In this document: in pieces, positions 50,953 through 60,432 of the stretch | How the letters are laid out: each line of letters begins with the position of its first letter | How positions within the stretch are numbered: position 1 is the stretch's first letter | NCBI GenBank assembly: GCA_036003865.1 | Contig: DASYRZ010000158.1 | Coordinates: 29,175 to 93,174, forward strand | Origin: Gemmatimonadales bacterium | GTDB lineage: Bacteria > Gemmatimonadota > Gemmatimonadetes > Gemmatimonadales > GWC2-71-9 | Direction of reading: 5' to 3' | DNA length: 64,000 nt | The notes under the pieces: model-generated | The model's database searches: none | The model's input: the letters and a program-made list of their open reading frames with translations, nothing else | What the model was told of the DNA's origin: nothing | Made by a program: the position numbers and the translations under genes

Positions 50953-52073
50953 TGCTCTATCACCTGCTCGCGCCGCTCGCACGCCAGCACATCTTTTTCA
51001 ATCTCTTCAACTACATCACGTTTCGTGCCGCGGGCGCGACCGTCACCGCGCTGCTGCTCGCCTTCATCGTCGGCCCCTGGATCGTCCGCAAGCTGCGCGA
51101 GCATCGCATCGGGCAGATCGTGCGCGCCGAAGGTCCGACGAGTCATCATGGCAAGCGCGGCACGCCTACGATGGGCGGCCTGATCATCATCCTCGCCACG
51201 ATCGTCCCGACGTTGCTGTGGGCGCGGCTCGACAGCCGCTACGTCCTTGTCGCGGTGGTCGCGACGCTGTGGATGGGACTCATCGGTTTTCTCGACGATT
51301 ACCTGAAGATCGTGCGGGGCCACTCCCAGGGACTCGTCGCGCGCTGGAAGCTCGCCGGGCAGATCTCGTTCGGCGTGGGACTGGGGGCCTACCTCCTGCT
51401 GTTTCCGCTCATCAGTACCGTCCAGCCGAACGCCACGCAGCTGCCGTTCTTCAAGTATCTCATCCTGCCGCTGTGGTGGCCGCTGTACCTCGCGTTCGTG
51501 ACGTTCGTGACGACGGCGAGCTCGAACGCCGTGAACCTGACCGACGGCCTGGACGGGCTCGCCGCGGGTCTGACGGTCATCGTCGCGGGAGCGTTCGCGG
51601 TCTTCTGCTATCTGTTTGGCCGCGTCGACGCGGCCCGGTACCTCGGCGTGCTCCACCTTCCGGGCGCCGGTGAGCTGACGATTTTCTGCGGCGCGCTGCT
51701 GGGGGGGTCGCTCGGATTCCTCTGGTTCAACGCGTACCCCGCGCAGGTCTTCATGGGCGATACCGGCGCCCTGGCGATCGGCGGCGCGCTCGGCACCGTC
51801 GCGATTCTCCTCAAGACCGAATTCCTGCTGCTGATCGCCGGGGCCGTATTTGCCGCTGAAACCCTGTCGGTGCTGATCCAGACGACCACGTACAAATGGC
51901 GCAAGCGGCGCTTCGGGAAAGAGTATGCCGACGCGCACAAGGTCTTTCGGATGGCCCCGCTGCATCACCATTTCGAAAAGCTGGGGTGGGCCGAGCCGCA
52001 GGTGGTCATGCGGTTTTATATCCTGGGCGTACTCTGCGCGATGATCGCGCTGGCGACGCTCAAAGTGCGATGA
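50952..52073 (+). CDS. mraY: phospho-N-acetylmuramoyl-pentapeptide transferase
   Basis: NAVNLTDGLDGLA motif; polytopic membrane protein; 373 aa. Confidence 0.97.
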   Translation: MLYHLLAPLARQHIFFNLFNYITFRAAGATVTALLLAFIVGPWIVRKLREHRIGQIVRAEGPTSHHGKRGTPTMGGLIIILATIVPTLLWARLDSRYVLVAVVATLWMGLIGFLDDYLKIVRGHSQGLVARWKLAGQISFGVGLGAYLLLFPLISTVQPNATQLPFFKYLILPLWWPLYLAFVTFVTTASSNAVNLTDGLDGLAAGLTVIVAGAFAVFCYLFGRVDAARYLGVLHLPGAGELTIFCGALLGGSLGFLWFNAYPAQVFMGDTGALAIGGALGTVAILLKTEFLLLIAGAVFAAETLSVLIQTTTYKWRKRRFGKEYADAHKVFRMAPLHHHFEKLGWAEPQVVMRFYILGVLCAMIALATLKVR

Positions 52074-53455
52074 TCGAGCAGGCGCGGGTGGCTCCGGAGG
52101 CCTGGCGACGCCCGGGCAGCGTCGTGGCGATCATCGGGCTCGGCAAGAGCGGCGTCGCGGCGGCGCGACTCCTGGCGCGGGAAGGCGTGCGGGTGTACGC
52201 CAGCGATGCCTCCGATCATCCCTATGCCGGCGAGGCCGTCGAGGCGCTGAAGAGCGTGCCGTGGGTCGATGTCGAGATCGGCCGCCACGATCTCAACAAG
52301 ATCCGTCTCGCCGTGGCGGTGGTCGTCTCGCCCGGCGTTCCTCCGGATGCGCCGGTGCTGGCGGCCGCGCGCCACGCCGGCGTCGAGATCGTCTCGGAGC
52401 TCGATCTCGGTTTCCGCGCCCTTGCCGCCTTCCAGCCCGGCACGCGCAGCATCGCGATCACGGGAACGAACGGGAAGACGACGACCACGGCCCTGGTCGC
52501 CCACTTGCTCCGCGCGGCGGGCCTGCAGTCGACGACGGCGGGAAACATCGGCCGGCCCGTGACCGACCTCGCGCTGGCCAACGAGCGCTACCAATGGCTG
52601 AGTCTCGAGGTGTCGTCGTTCCAGCTGCACGACAGCCCGAATTTCGCGCCGGAAGTCGGGGTCCTGACGAACCTCGCGCCCGATCATCTCGACCGCTATC
52701 CCTCGGCGGAAGCGTATTACGCGGATAAGCGGCTGCTGTTTCGCAATGCCGTCGAAGGCGATGTGTGGGTCCTCAACGGCGACGATAAACTCGTGCTCGA
52801 TCTCGCGCGTGGCGTCGCGGGACGCCAGGTGCTGTTCTCACTGGTCAAGTCGACCGATGCGTGGTACGACGCGAAGCAGCGCATCCTGCGCCTGGACGGC
52901 GAGGTGTTGCTCAAGCGCGAAGCGCTGCATCTCTTGGGCGACCACAACGTCGCCAATGCGCTCGCCGCGGCGTTGGCGGTACACGAGGCCGGGGTGCCCG
53001 CGCCGCTGATCGGTGAGGGGTTGCGCTCCTTCCGCGCGCTGCCGCACCGCCTCGAGCCCCTGGGCGAAGTGAACGGTGTGTTGTGGATCAACGACTCCAA
53101 AGCGACGAACATCGCGGCGACAACGGTGGCGGTGATCGCGATGCAGCGGCCCTTTGTGCTGCTGTTGGGCGGCCGGCATAAAGGCGAGCCGTACACGAGT
53201 CTCGCGCCGCTGCTCGAGGGCCGCTGCCGGCTCGTGATCGCGTACGGGGAAGCCGGCCCGCTCGTGGAGCAGGATCTCAAGGGCAAAGTGCCGCTCGAGC
53301 GCGGTACGACATTCGAGGACGTCGTCGCGCGTGCGCGGCGCGCCGCGAATCCCGGGGACGTCGTGCTGCTGTCTCCGGCGTGCTCGAGCTACGACATGTT
53401 CAAGAACTACGAGGAGCGGGGGGCGACATTCCGGCGACTAGTCGAAGCGCAGTGA
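52070..53455 (+). CDS. murD: UDP-MurNAc-L-Ala:D-Glu ligase
   Basis: Start at ATG 52070 (ATGA overlap). GLGKSG Rossmann motif and ITGTNGKTTT P-loop. Confidence 0.93.
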   Translation: MIEQARVAPEAWRRPGSVVAIIGLGKSGVAAARLLAREGVRVYASDASDHPYAGEAVEALKSVPWVDVEIGRHDLNKIRLAVAVVVSPGVPPDAPVLAAARHAGVEIVSELDLGFRALAAFQPGTRSIAITGTNGKTTTTALVAHLLRAAGLQSTTAGNIGRPVTDLALANERYQWLSLEVSSFQLHDSPNFAPEVGVLTNLAPDHLDRYPSAEAYYADKRLLFRNAVEGDVWVLNGDDKLVLDLARGVAGRQVLFSLVKSTDAWYDAKQRILRLDGEVLLKREALHLLGDHNVANALAAALAVHEAGVPAPLIGEGLRSFRALPHRLEPLGEVNGVLWINDSKATNIAATTVAVIAMQRPFVLLLGGRHKGEPYTSLAPLLEGRCRLVIAYGEAGPLVEQDLKGKVPLERGTTFEDVVARARRAANPGDVVLLSPACSSYDMFKNYEERGATFRRLVEAQ

Positions 53456-54552
53456 CCTGGGAAGGCCGGCTGCTCGCCGTCGTCACGGCGGTGCTGGTCG
53501 TGTTCGGGCTCGCGGCGGTGTACGGCGCGTCGAGTCTCGTGACGACGGCCGGCGGCCAGGTCGGCGCCGGCTTCGCGCTGCGCCAGGCGGTCGGCGCGGC
53601 GTTCGGCGGTCTCCTGGCGGTCGTGTTCGCGCGGACGGACTATCACCGCTGGCGGCGCTGGGCCTGGCCGCTGCTCGGCGTGACGGGGTTGCTGCTGCTC
53701 CTCCCGCTGCTGCCCTTCACCCATCCCATCACGCCCACGATCAACGGCGCGCGCCGCTGGGTGAACCTCGGGATCCTCACGCTCCAGCCCTCCGAGCTGG
53801 CCAAGTTCGCCGTCGTCGTGTGGTGCGCGATGCTCGCCGCCAAGAAGGGCGAGCAGCTGCGCGACTTCCAGCGCGGCGTGCTGCCGTTCGTCGTCATCCT
53901 CGTGCCCGTCATCGGATTGATCTTCCTCGAGCCGCATCTCTCGATGGCGCTGCTCGTCGCGCTGCTGGCGGGCAGCGTGCTGTTCACGGCCGGCGCGCGC
54001 ATCGGCCACTTCCTCGCGCTCGGCGTCGCGGCGGGACCGCTGCTGTTCGGCGCCGTCGCCACGGCGCAATACCGGCTCGCGCGCGTGCTCACGTTCCTGA
54101 ATCCCGGCGCCGCACCCACCGAGGCGACGTGGCAGGTCCAGCAGTCCCTCACCGGCATCGGGGCGGGGCAGCTGCTCGGCGCCGGATTCGGCCAGGGCCA
54201 ACAAAAGCTCGGCTACCTGCCGTACGCGTATTCCGATTTCATTTTCTCGACGATCGGCGAGGAATGGGGCTTCCTGGGCGTGCTCGCGATCGCGCTGCTG
54301 TTCGGGACATTCGTCTGGATCGGCTTTCGGATCGCGCGCCACGCGCAGGATCCGTTCGGGCAACTGCTCGCCACGGGCATCACCGTGATGATCGGTCTCA
54401 GCGTCGTGGTGCACGTCGGCGTGAGCCTGGCCGTCATTCCGGCAACCGGCGTGACCTTGCCGTTCATGTCCTATGGCAGATCGTCACTCATCGTTGCGCT
54501 CGCCGCCACTGGGGTACTGGCAAGTGTTGGGCGAGCCCGGAGAACCTCGTAA
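53452..54552 (+). CDS. ftsW: SEDS family lipid II flippase / peptidoglycan polymerase FtsW
   Basis: GTG 53452 (GTGA overlap). PSELAKFAVVVW motif; about 10 TM segments. Confidence 0.9.
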   Translation: MTWEGRLLAVVTAVLVVFGLAAVYGASSLVTTAGGQVGAGFALRQAVGAAFGGLLAVVFARTDYHRWRRWAWPLLGVTGLLLLLPLLPFTHPITPTINGARRWVNLGILTLQPSELAKFAVVVWCAMLAAKKGEQLRDFQRGVLPFVVILVPVIGLIFLEPHLSMALLVALLAGSVLFTAGARIGHFLALGVAAGPLLFGAVATAQYRLARVLTFLNPGAAPTEATWQVQQSLTGIGAGQLLGAGFGQGQQKLGYLPYAYSDFIFSTIGEEWGFLGVLAIALLFGTFVWIGFRIARHAQDPFGQLLATGITVMIGLSVVVHVGVSLAVIPATGVTLPFMSYGRSSLIVALAATGVLASVGRARRTS

Positions 54553-54553
54553 T

Positions 54554-54680
54554 GCGGATTGCGGATTTCGGATTTCCGCCATTGCGGATTTGCGATTGCG
54601 GATTGCGGATTCTAAAGGAAGGTGTCCACGCGAACGACCGTTCGCAGAGAATCCGCAATCCCCAATCCGCAATCCGCAAT
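54554..54680. repeat. inverted heptamer arrays: (GCGGATT)n left arm, (AATCCGC)n right arm, with a central hairpin
   Basis: Left arm 54554-54611 has eight heptamer slots, five of them perfect. Right arm 54650-54680. Apical hairpin GCGAAC/GTTCGC near 54630-54646. The element fills the ftsW-murG gap. Confidence 0.9.
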
Positions 54681-54688
54681 TGTCTTCA

Positions 54689-55774
54689 ATGAAGCTCCTC
54701 ATCGCCGGCGGCGGTACAGGCGGCCACCTGATGCCTGCTCTCGCCCTCGCCCGAGTGGCGGCCGATCAAGGCCACGACGTTGTGTTGGTAGGAGCAGAGC
54801 GCGGCATCGAAGCCCAGATCCTCCCGAATTATCCGTTTCGATTTCACCTGTTGCCGATGGAGCCGATCTATCGGCGCGCGTGGTGGCGCAATCTGCGTTG
54901 GCCGCTGATCGCCGTGCGAGCCTGGCGTGCGGCCGGGCAGGTGCTGCGCGATGAACGTCCGGCGATCGTCGTCGGCACCGGAGGCTACGCGGCGGGGCCG
55001 GTCGTGTGGCGCGCGCAGCACACGCGCATTCCGACCGCGCTGCAAGAGCAGAACGCATTCCCCGGACTGACGCAGCGATGGCTCGCCCGGCGCGCGCAAC
55101 AAGTGCACCTCGGGTTTCCGGAAGCCCGTCTCCGGTTATCACCGGGCCCCAAGACGCAAGTCTTCGTGTTCGGCAATCCGATCACACCGCCCGGGAACGT
55201 CGACGGGGACGCGGCGCGCGCCGAATTCCGCTTGAGCGCGGAGCGCCGCACCGTACTCGTGTTCGGCGGCAGTCAGGGCGCGCGCGCGGTGAACGAGACG
55301 GTCGCGCGCGCATTGCAGCGCGGTCTGCTCGGCGACGTCAATCTGCTCTGGGGCACCGGCACGATGCACTTCGATCGCTTCGCGCCGCTGGCGCAGCCGG
55401 GGCGCGTGGTGGTCCGCGGATTCTTCGATCCCATCGGCACGGCCTACGCCGCGGCGAACCTCGTGGTCGCGCGCGCGGGCGCGATGACCGTCTCGGAGCT
55501 CTGCGCGTGGGGGAAGCCGAGCATCCTCGTGCCGCTCCCCACCGCCGCCGCCGATCACCAGACGTTCAACGCGCGCGCGCTCGCGAATGCCGGGGCGAGC
55601 GTCTTGCTCCTCGAGCGCGAGTTCACGCCCGACGTATTCGCCAAGACCGTCACGGGGCTCGTCAAGGACGACAAACGGCTCGATGCCCTGGCCGGGAGCG
55701 CCCGGGGACGGGGTCACCCGAACGCTGCCCGAACCATCATGCAAAAGGTTTTAGAGCTTTCGCAAGTTGCGTAG
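54689..55774 (+). CDS. murG: UDP-GlcNAc:lipid I GlcNAc transferase
   Basis: Start at ATG 54689 (MKLLIAGGGTGGHLMPALA). Confidence 0.93.
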   Translation: MKLLIAGGGTGGHLMPALALARVAADQGHDVVLVGAERGIEAQILPNYPFRFHLLPMEPIYRRAWWRNLRWPLIAVRAWRAAGQVLRDERPAIVVGTGGYAAGPVVWRAQHTRIPTALQEQNAFPGLTQRWLARRAQQVHLGFPEARLRLSPGPKTQVFVFGNPITPPGNVDGDAARAEFRLSAERRTVLVFGGSQGARAVNETVARALQRGLLGDVNLLWGTGTMHFDRFAPLAQPGRVVVRGFFDPIGTAYAAANLVVARAGAMTVSELCAWGKPSILVPLPTAAADHQTFNARALANAGASVLLLEREFTPDVFAKTVTGLVKDDKRLDALAGSARGRGHPNAARTIMQKVLELSQVA

Positions 55775-55798
55775 ATTTCGTATATTAGCTGCCCACAG

Positions 55799-57208
55799 AT
55801 GACCTTGTTTCGAACCGGGGATCCCCGTCCCATTCACTTCATGGGCATAGCCGGGGCGGGGATGAGCGCCCTGGCGATGATTGCCAGGCACCGGGGAGTC
55901 GCCATAACTGGTTGTGATTCAGACACTTCTGGAGGCGGCGCCGAGGACCTATCCGCCCTGGGAGTTCCCGTTTGGCGGGGCCACGATCCGAGCCACGTGG
56001 AAGGGGCTCGGGCTGTTGTAGTTACGGCCGCGGTCCCGCGCGATCACCCGGAGCTCGAGCGGGCACGCGCCCTCGACCGGCGGGTGGTGCGTCGCGCCGA
56101 TGCGCTGGGAGAGCTGGTCGCCGGTGGCAGGGAGGGGCTCGTGGCGGTCGCCGGGACACACGGCAAGACGACCACCACGGTCATGGTGACGGAGGCCCTC
56201 ACGGCCGCCGGGCGAAATCCCACGGGACTCGCCGGCGGCCGTGTCGCTGCGTGGGGCGGCAACGCCCGCATCGGCGGCGACGATCTGTTCGTGGTCGAGG
56301 CCGACGAGTACGACAAGGCGTTTTTGTCGCTGCGGCCGACGATCGCCGTGGTGAACAACGTCGAAGCGGATCATCTCGAGTGCTACGGCAGCATGGCAGC
56401 GCTCGAGGAGGCGTTCGCGGAGTTCGCGTCGCGGGCGCAGCGCGTGATCGTCGGGGCGGATGATGCCGGCGCCGATCGCGTCGCGCTGAACATCGAAGTG
56501 CCGGTGTGGCGCGTGGGTCACGGCACGACGGCCGATGTGCGAATTCGCGCGGTGCGGCTCGAGCCGGGTGGCTCGCGCGCGACGATCTCGCTGCCGGGCG
56601 GCGACACGATCGACTTGGCGCTGGCGGTGCCGGGGTTGCATAACGTCCGCAATGCTGCCGCGGCGCTCGCGGTGGTGCACGCGCTCGGCGCGGATGTGCA
56701 GGCGGGCGCGGGCGCGTTGTCCGGATTCCACGGCGTCGGCCGGCGATTCGAGCGCCTGGGTGACGCGGGAGGCGTGACGGTGGTGGACGATTATGCGCAC
56801 CACCCCACCGAGGTTACGGCGACGCTCGCGGCCGCGCGGCAGGCGTTTCCCGGCCGCCGCGTGATCGCCGTGTTTCAGCCGCATCTGTTCTCGCGGACGG
56901 CGCTGCACGGCGAAGCGTTGGGCAAGGCGCTCGCGGCGGCGGACATGGTGGTGATCGCGCCGATCTATGCGGCGCGGGAGCAGCCGCAGGCGGGCGTGAC
57001 GCATCACCTGGTCGTGCGCGGCGCGACGCGGGCCGGGGCCGCGACGGTGGCGGTGCGCGAGCGCGCGGGACTGACGCGCCACGTCGCACGCGCGGTCCGC
57101 CAAGGCGACGTCGTGTTTACGCTGGGCGCGGGCGACATCACGCGCGTAGGGCCCGAGCTGCTGCACCTCCTGGAAGCGGGGAACGGGGAGCGGGGAGCAG
57201 TCGCGTGA
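55799..57208 (+). CDS. murC: UDP-MurNAc:L-Ala ligase
   Basis: HFMGIAGAGMSALA and AGTHGKTTTT motifs. Confidence 0.95.
   Translation: MTLFRTGDPRPIHFMGIAGAGMSALAMIARHRGVAITGCDSDTSGGGAEDLSALGVPVWRGHDPSHVEGARAVVVTAAVPRDHPELERARALDRRVVRRADALGELVAGGREGLVAVAGTHGKTTTTVMVTEALTAAGRNPTGLAGGRVAAWGGNARIGGDDLFVVEADEYDKAFLSLRPTIAVVNNVEADHLECYGSMAALEEAFAEFASRAQRVIVGADDAGADRVALNIEVPVWRVGHGTTADVRIRAVRLEPGGSRATISLPGGDTIDLALAVPGLHNVRNAAAALAVVHALGADVQAGAGALSGFHGVGRRFERLGDAGGVTVVDDYAHHPTEVTATLAAARQAFPGRRVIAVFQPHLFSRTALHGEALGKALAAADMVVIAPIYAAREQPQAGVTHHLVVRGATRAGAATVAVRERAGLTRHVARAVRQGDVVFTLGAGDITRVGPELLHLLEAGNGERGAVA
57177..57197 (+). repeat. 3x heptamer CGGGGA(A/G) tandem repeat at the murC 3' end
   Basis: cggggaa cggggag cggggag, encoding ..GNGERGA.. 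just before the stop. Confidence 0.85.
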
Positions 57209-57972
57209 ATTGGAAGTTCCGCGCCCCGCGATTTCCGCGCGTGTCGTGGCGCGTGTTGGCGTGGGCTGCCGCGGCGATGTGCGTCATGATCGTGTGGATG
57301 ACGGCGCCGCTGGGGTTGCGCCGCCTGCGGTTTTTCCGCGTGCGGCAGGTCGAAATCATCGGCATCCGGTATCTCGATGCCGAGCACATATTGGCGGCGC
57401 TGCGGCTGCACCCGAGCGCCAGCGTCTTCGACGACACGAACGTGCTCGTCGAGCGCTTGCGCGGAGTCGATGGTGTCGCCGATGCTTCGGTCAGCCGCCG
57501 CCCGCCGGCGTCGCTGAAAGTGGTCGTGCGCGAGATCGAGCCGGTCGCGCTGCTCGAGAACGCACGCGGCGCGCTCGCGGTGGTCGACGCCGACGCACGG
57601 CCGCTGCCGTTCGATCCCGCCAATTTGGGCGCGAACGGCAGCGGGCTCGATCTCCCGATCGTTCGCTCGGCGGGAGGAACAGGCGATTCAGAAGTCGTCG
57701 GGCTGCTGGCGCGGGTCCAGGCCGTCGATCCCGCGCTGTTTCAGACGATCGACGGAGCGCGCGGCGGACGGACCGGTTCGCCCCGCGCCGACGTGGTGCT
57801 CGAACTTGGCGCTCATCGCGTGCTGCTCAGCCACGATGCGGGGCCGGAGGTGATCCAGGCGGTGGTACTGGTGGCGAAAGATCTGGCCGCGAAAGCGCGC
57901 CCCTATGCCGAGCTCGACGCCCGCTTTGCGGGACAGGTCGTGGTGCGGCGCCGGAGCGGTGGACGCGTCTGA
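57205..57972 (+). CDS. ftsQ: cell division protein FtsQ (POTRA)
   Basis: N-terminal TM segment, FRVRQVEIIGIRYL POTRA start; position between murC and ftsA. Confidence 0.8.
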   Translation: MNWKFRAPRFPRVSWRVLAWAAAAMCVMIVWMTAPLGLRRLRFFRVRQVEIIGIRYLDAEHILAALRLHPSASVFDDTNVLVERLRGVDGVADASVSRRPPASLKVVVREIEPVALLENARGALAVVDADARPLPFDPANLGANGSGLDLPIVRSAGGTGDSEVVGLLARVQAVDPALFQTIDGARGGRTGSPRADVVLELGAHRVLLSHDAGPEVIQAVVLVAKDLAAKARPYAELDARFAGQVVVRRRSGGRV

Positions 57973-59237
57973 TGCCCGAGCGTCGCCTCGTCGCCGGACT
58001 CGATCTCGGCAGCACCAAGACGTGCGCCGTCATCGCCGAGCTCGCGGGAGACCTGCCGCGCGCGCCGATCGCCAAGATCCTCGGCGTGGGGCTCGCGAAA
58101 AACAGCGGCGTGCGCCGCGGCATGGTGCGCGACATCGACGAGACCACGCGGTCGGTGGCCGCGGCGCTCAAGGACGCCGAACGGATGGCGGGGGCGCGCG
58201 TCACCGACGTCACCTGCGGCATCGCGGGGGAGCACGTCTCGGCGCGCATCTCGACCGGCGTCGTCGCCGTCAGCGGTGACGAGATCGGCGCGCAGGACGT
58301 CGCGCGGGTGAACGAGGTCGCGCGTGCGGTGTCGCTGGGCCGGGACCACGAGCTGCTGCACGACATCCCGCAGGAGTACGTCGTCGACCAGCAGCATGGG
58401 ATTTCGGATCCTATCGGGATGACGGGGACGCGGCTCGAGGTGGAGATGTACCTGGTCACCGCGCAGTCGACGGCGGCCCAGAATCTCCGCAAGAGCGTGC
58501 AGCGCGCCGGCTATCGCGTCGCCGATCTCGTGCTCGAGCCGCTCGCCGCCTCGTACGCCGTGCTGACCGACGACGAAAAGGAGCTTGGCGTCGCGCTCGT
58601 GGAAGTGGGCGGGAGCTCGACCGGCGTCGCGATCTTTCATGAGGGAAAGATCCGGCACCTCGCGTCGCTCAAGTACGCGGGCTCGCACGTCACGAGCGAT
58701 CTCGTGCAGGGGCTCGGCGTGACCCAGGCGGACGCCGAACGCTTGAAGGAACGGCACGGCGCGGCGTACACGCCGCTCGTCGATTCGGCCGAAACGGTGA
58801 GCTTGCCGTCCACGCCGGGACAGGGCACGCGCACCGCGCCGCGCGAGCTGGTGGCGCACATCATCCACCAGCGCGTGGACGAGATCTTCCAGCTCGTGGG
58901 ACGCGAGTTCGAGCGCGCGGGCTTCGGCACGGGCCGGCTGCCCGCCGGCGTCGTGCTGTCGGGCGGGACGGCACATCTGCCCGGGATGGTGGAGCTGGCG
59001 CGCGAAGTCTTCGCGACACCGGTGCGGGCGGGCCATCCGGAGCTCGGCATCTCCGGACTCGTCGACAGCGTGCAGGCGCCGCGCTACGCGGTTCCCGTCG
59101 GTCTCGTGTTGTACGCGACGCGCAAAGCGGCGCACAGTGGAGGAGCGGGTGCGGGTTCGGCGGCGAGCGTGCTGCTCGGCGCGCGACCCGACAAGCTGTT
59201 TGCACCACTCAAGAGATGGCTGCAGGACTTCTTCTGA
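57972..59237 (+). CDS. ftsA: cell division protein FtsA
   Basis: Start at ATG 57972 (MPERRLVAGLDLGSTKTCAVIAE); actin-fold phosphate motifs. Confidence 0.95.
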   Translation: MPERRLVAGLDLGSTKTCAVIAELAGDLPRAPIAKILGVGLAKNSGVRRGMVRDIDETTRSVAAALKDAERMAGARVTDVTCGIAGEHVSARISTGVVAVSGDEIGAQDVARVNEVARAVSLGRDHELLHDIPQEYVVDQQHGISDPIGMTGTRLEVEMYLVTAQSTAAQNLRKSVQRAGYRVADLVLEPLAASYAVLTDDEKELGVALVEVGGSSTGVAIFHEGKIRHLASLKYAGSHVTSDLVQGLGVTQADAERLKERHGAAYTPLVDSAETVSLPSTPGQGTRTAPRELVAHIIHQRVDEIFQLVGREFERAGFGTGRLPAGVVLSGGTAHLPGMVELAREVFATPVRAGHPELGISGLVDSVQAPRYAVPVGLVLYATRKAAHSGGAGAGSAASVLLGARPDKLFAPLKRWLQDFF

Positions 59238-59253
59238 GCCCTAGGGGAGAACC

Positions 59254-60432
59254 ATGATCTTCGAACTCGAAGAAACCGTTACGCAGAACGCGCGGATGAA
59301 AGTCGTCGGCGTCGGGGGAGGCGGCGGCAACGCCCTGAACCGGATGGTCGACGAGCACGTGAGCGGGGTCGAGTTCATCTCGGTCAACACCGACGCCCAG
59401 GCGCTCCTCAACAACAAAGCCGACGTCAAAGTCCAGATCGGCAAGAAGCTGACCCGCGGCCTCGGCGCCGGCGCTCGACCCGAGATCGGCCGTCAGGCGA
59501 TCGAAGAAAATCGCGACGAGGTGCTGCATTCCCTCCAGGGTGCAGACCTCGTTTTCGTCACCTGCGGCATGGGGGGCGGGACCGGCACCGGCGCGGCCCC
59601 GATCATCTCGCAGGTTGCCCGCGATCTGGGCGCCCTCACCATCGGCATCGTGACCAAGCCCTTCCTGTTCGAGGGCCGCAAGCGCATGCGTCAGGCGGAG
59701 ATGGGAATCGCCGAGATGCGCAAGCATGTCGACACGATGATCGTCGTCCCGAACGAGCGGCTGCTGGCCGTGGTCGGGAAGGGGATTCCGTTCCAAGACG
59801 CGCTGAAGAAGGCCGACGAAGTGCTGTTGCACGCGACACAGGGCATCTCGGCGCTCATCTGCGTCACCGGTCTGGTCAACGTAGATTTCGCGGACGTGCG
59901 CACCGTCATGCAGAACGGCGGCGCGGCGTTGATGGGGACGGGCCAGGGGCGCGGCGAGAACCGCGCGATGGAAGCGGCGCAGCAGGCGATCTCGAGCCCG
60001 CTGCTCGACAACATCTCGATCGCCGGCGCGACGGGCGTCCTGATCAACATCACCGGGGGCGAAGACCTCACGCTCGGTGAAGTGACGCAAATCAGCGAGG
60101 CGATTCACGACGCCGCGGGCGACGAGGCGGAGATCATCTTCGGCGCGGTGAACGATCCGGCGATGCATGGTGAGGTCCGCATCACGGTCATCGCGACGGG
60201 GTTCGATAAGACCGGCGCCATGGCCGACGCGCTGGCCGGCATGCCGCGCGCGGGCGCTCCAGCGGCCGGCGTGCTGCCGTTCCGCGATCGTGGCGCCCGG
60301 CCGACGCCGGTGCCACCCCCGGGTTTCGCAAAGCCGGCAGATGCGCCCAAGCGTGGTCCGGCGCAGCTGCCTTTGAATCCTGAGCTGAATGAAATGGAAA
60401 TTCCGACTTTCATCCGGAGACAGATGGACTGA
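59254..60432 (+). CDS. ftsZ: cell division GTPase FtsZ
   Basis: GGGTGTGAAP tubulin signature and C-terminal peptide EIPTFIRRQ. Confidence 0.98.
   Translation: MIFELEETVTQNARMKVVGVGGGGGNALNRMVDEHVSGVEFISVNTDAQALLNNKADVKVQIGKKLTRGLGAGARPEIGRQAIEENRDEVLHSLQGADLVFVTCGMGGGTGTGAAPIISQVARDLGALTIGIVTKPFLFEGRKRMRQAEMGIAEMRKHVDTMIVVPNERLLAVVGKGIPFQDALKKADEVLLHATQGISALICVTGLVNVDFADVRTVMQNGGAALMGTGQGRGENRAMEAAQQAISSPLLDNISIAGATGVLINITGGEDLTLGEVTQISEAIHDAAGDEAEIIFGAVNDPAMHGEVRITVIATGFDKTGAMADALAGMPRAGAPAAGVLPFRDRGARPTPVPPPGFAKPADAPKRGPAQLPLNPELNEMEIPTFIRRQMD

Noticed and set aside
54622-54954. 110 aa ORF starting inside the ftsW-murG repeat
   Set aside because: It is out of frame with, and overlaps, the well-supported murG gene. 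Its N-terminus is just the translated heptamer repeat.
55749-55798. Internal promoter before murC (a TATATT at 55781)
   Set aside because: No acceptable -35 lies at 16-18 nt spacing (TTTCGC at best), so the support is too weak to report as a feature.
57210-57971. Upstream 254 codons of the ftsA ORF (675 aa version)
   Set aside because: It overlaps ftsQ in a different frame. FtsA homology begins at MPERRLVAGLDLGS (57972).
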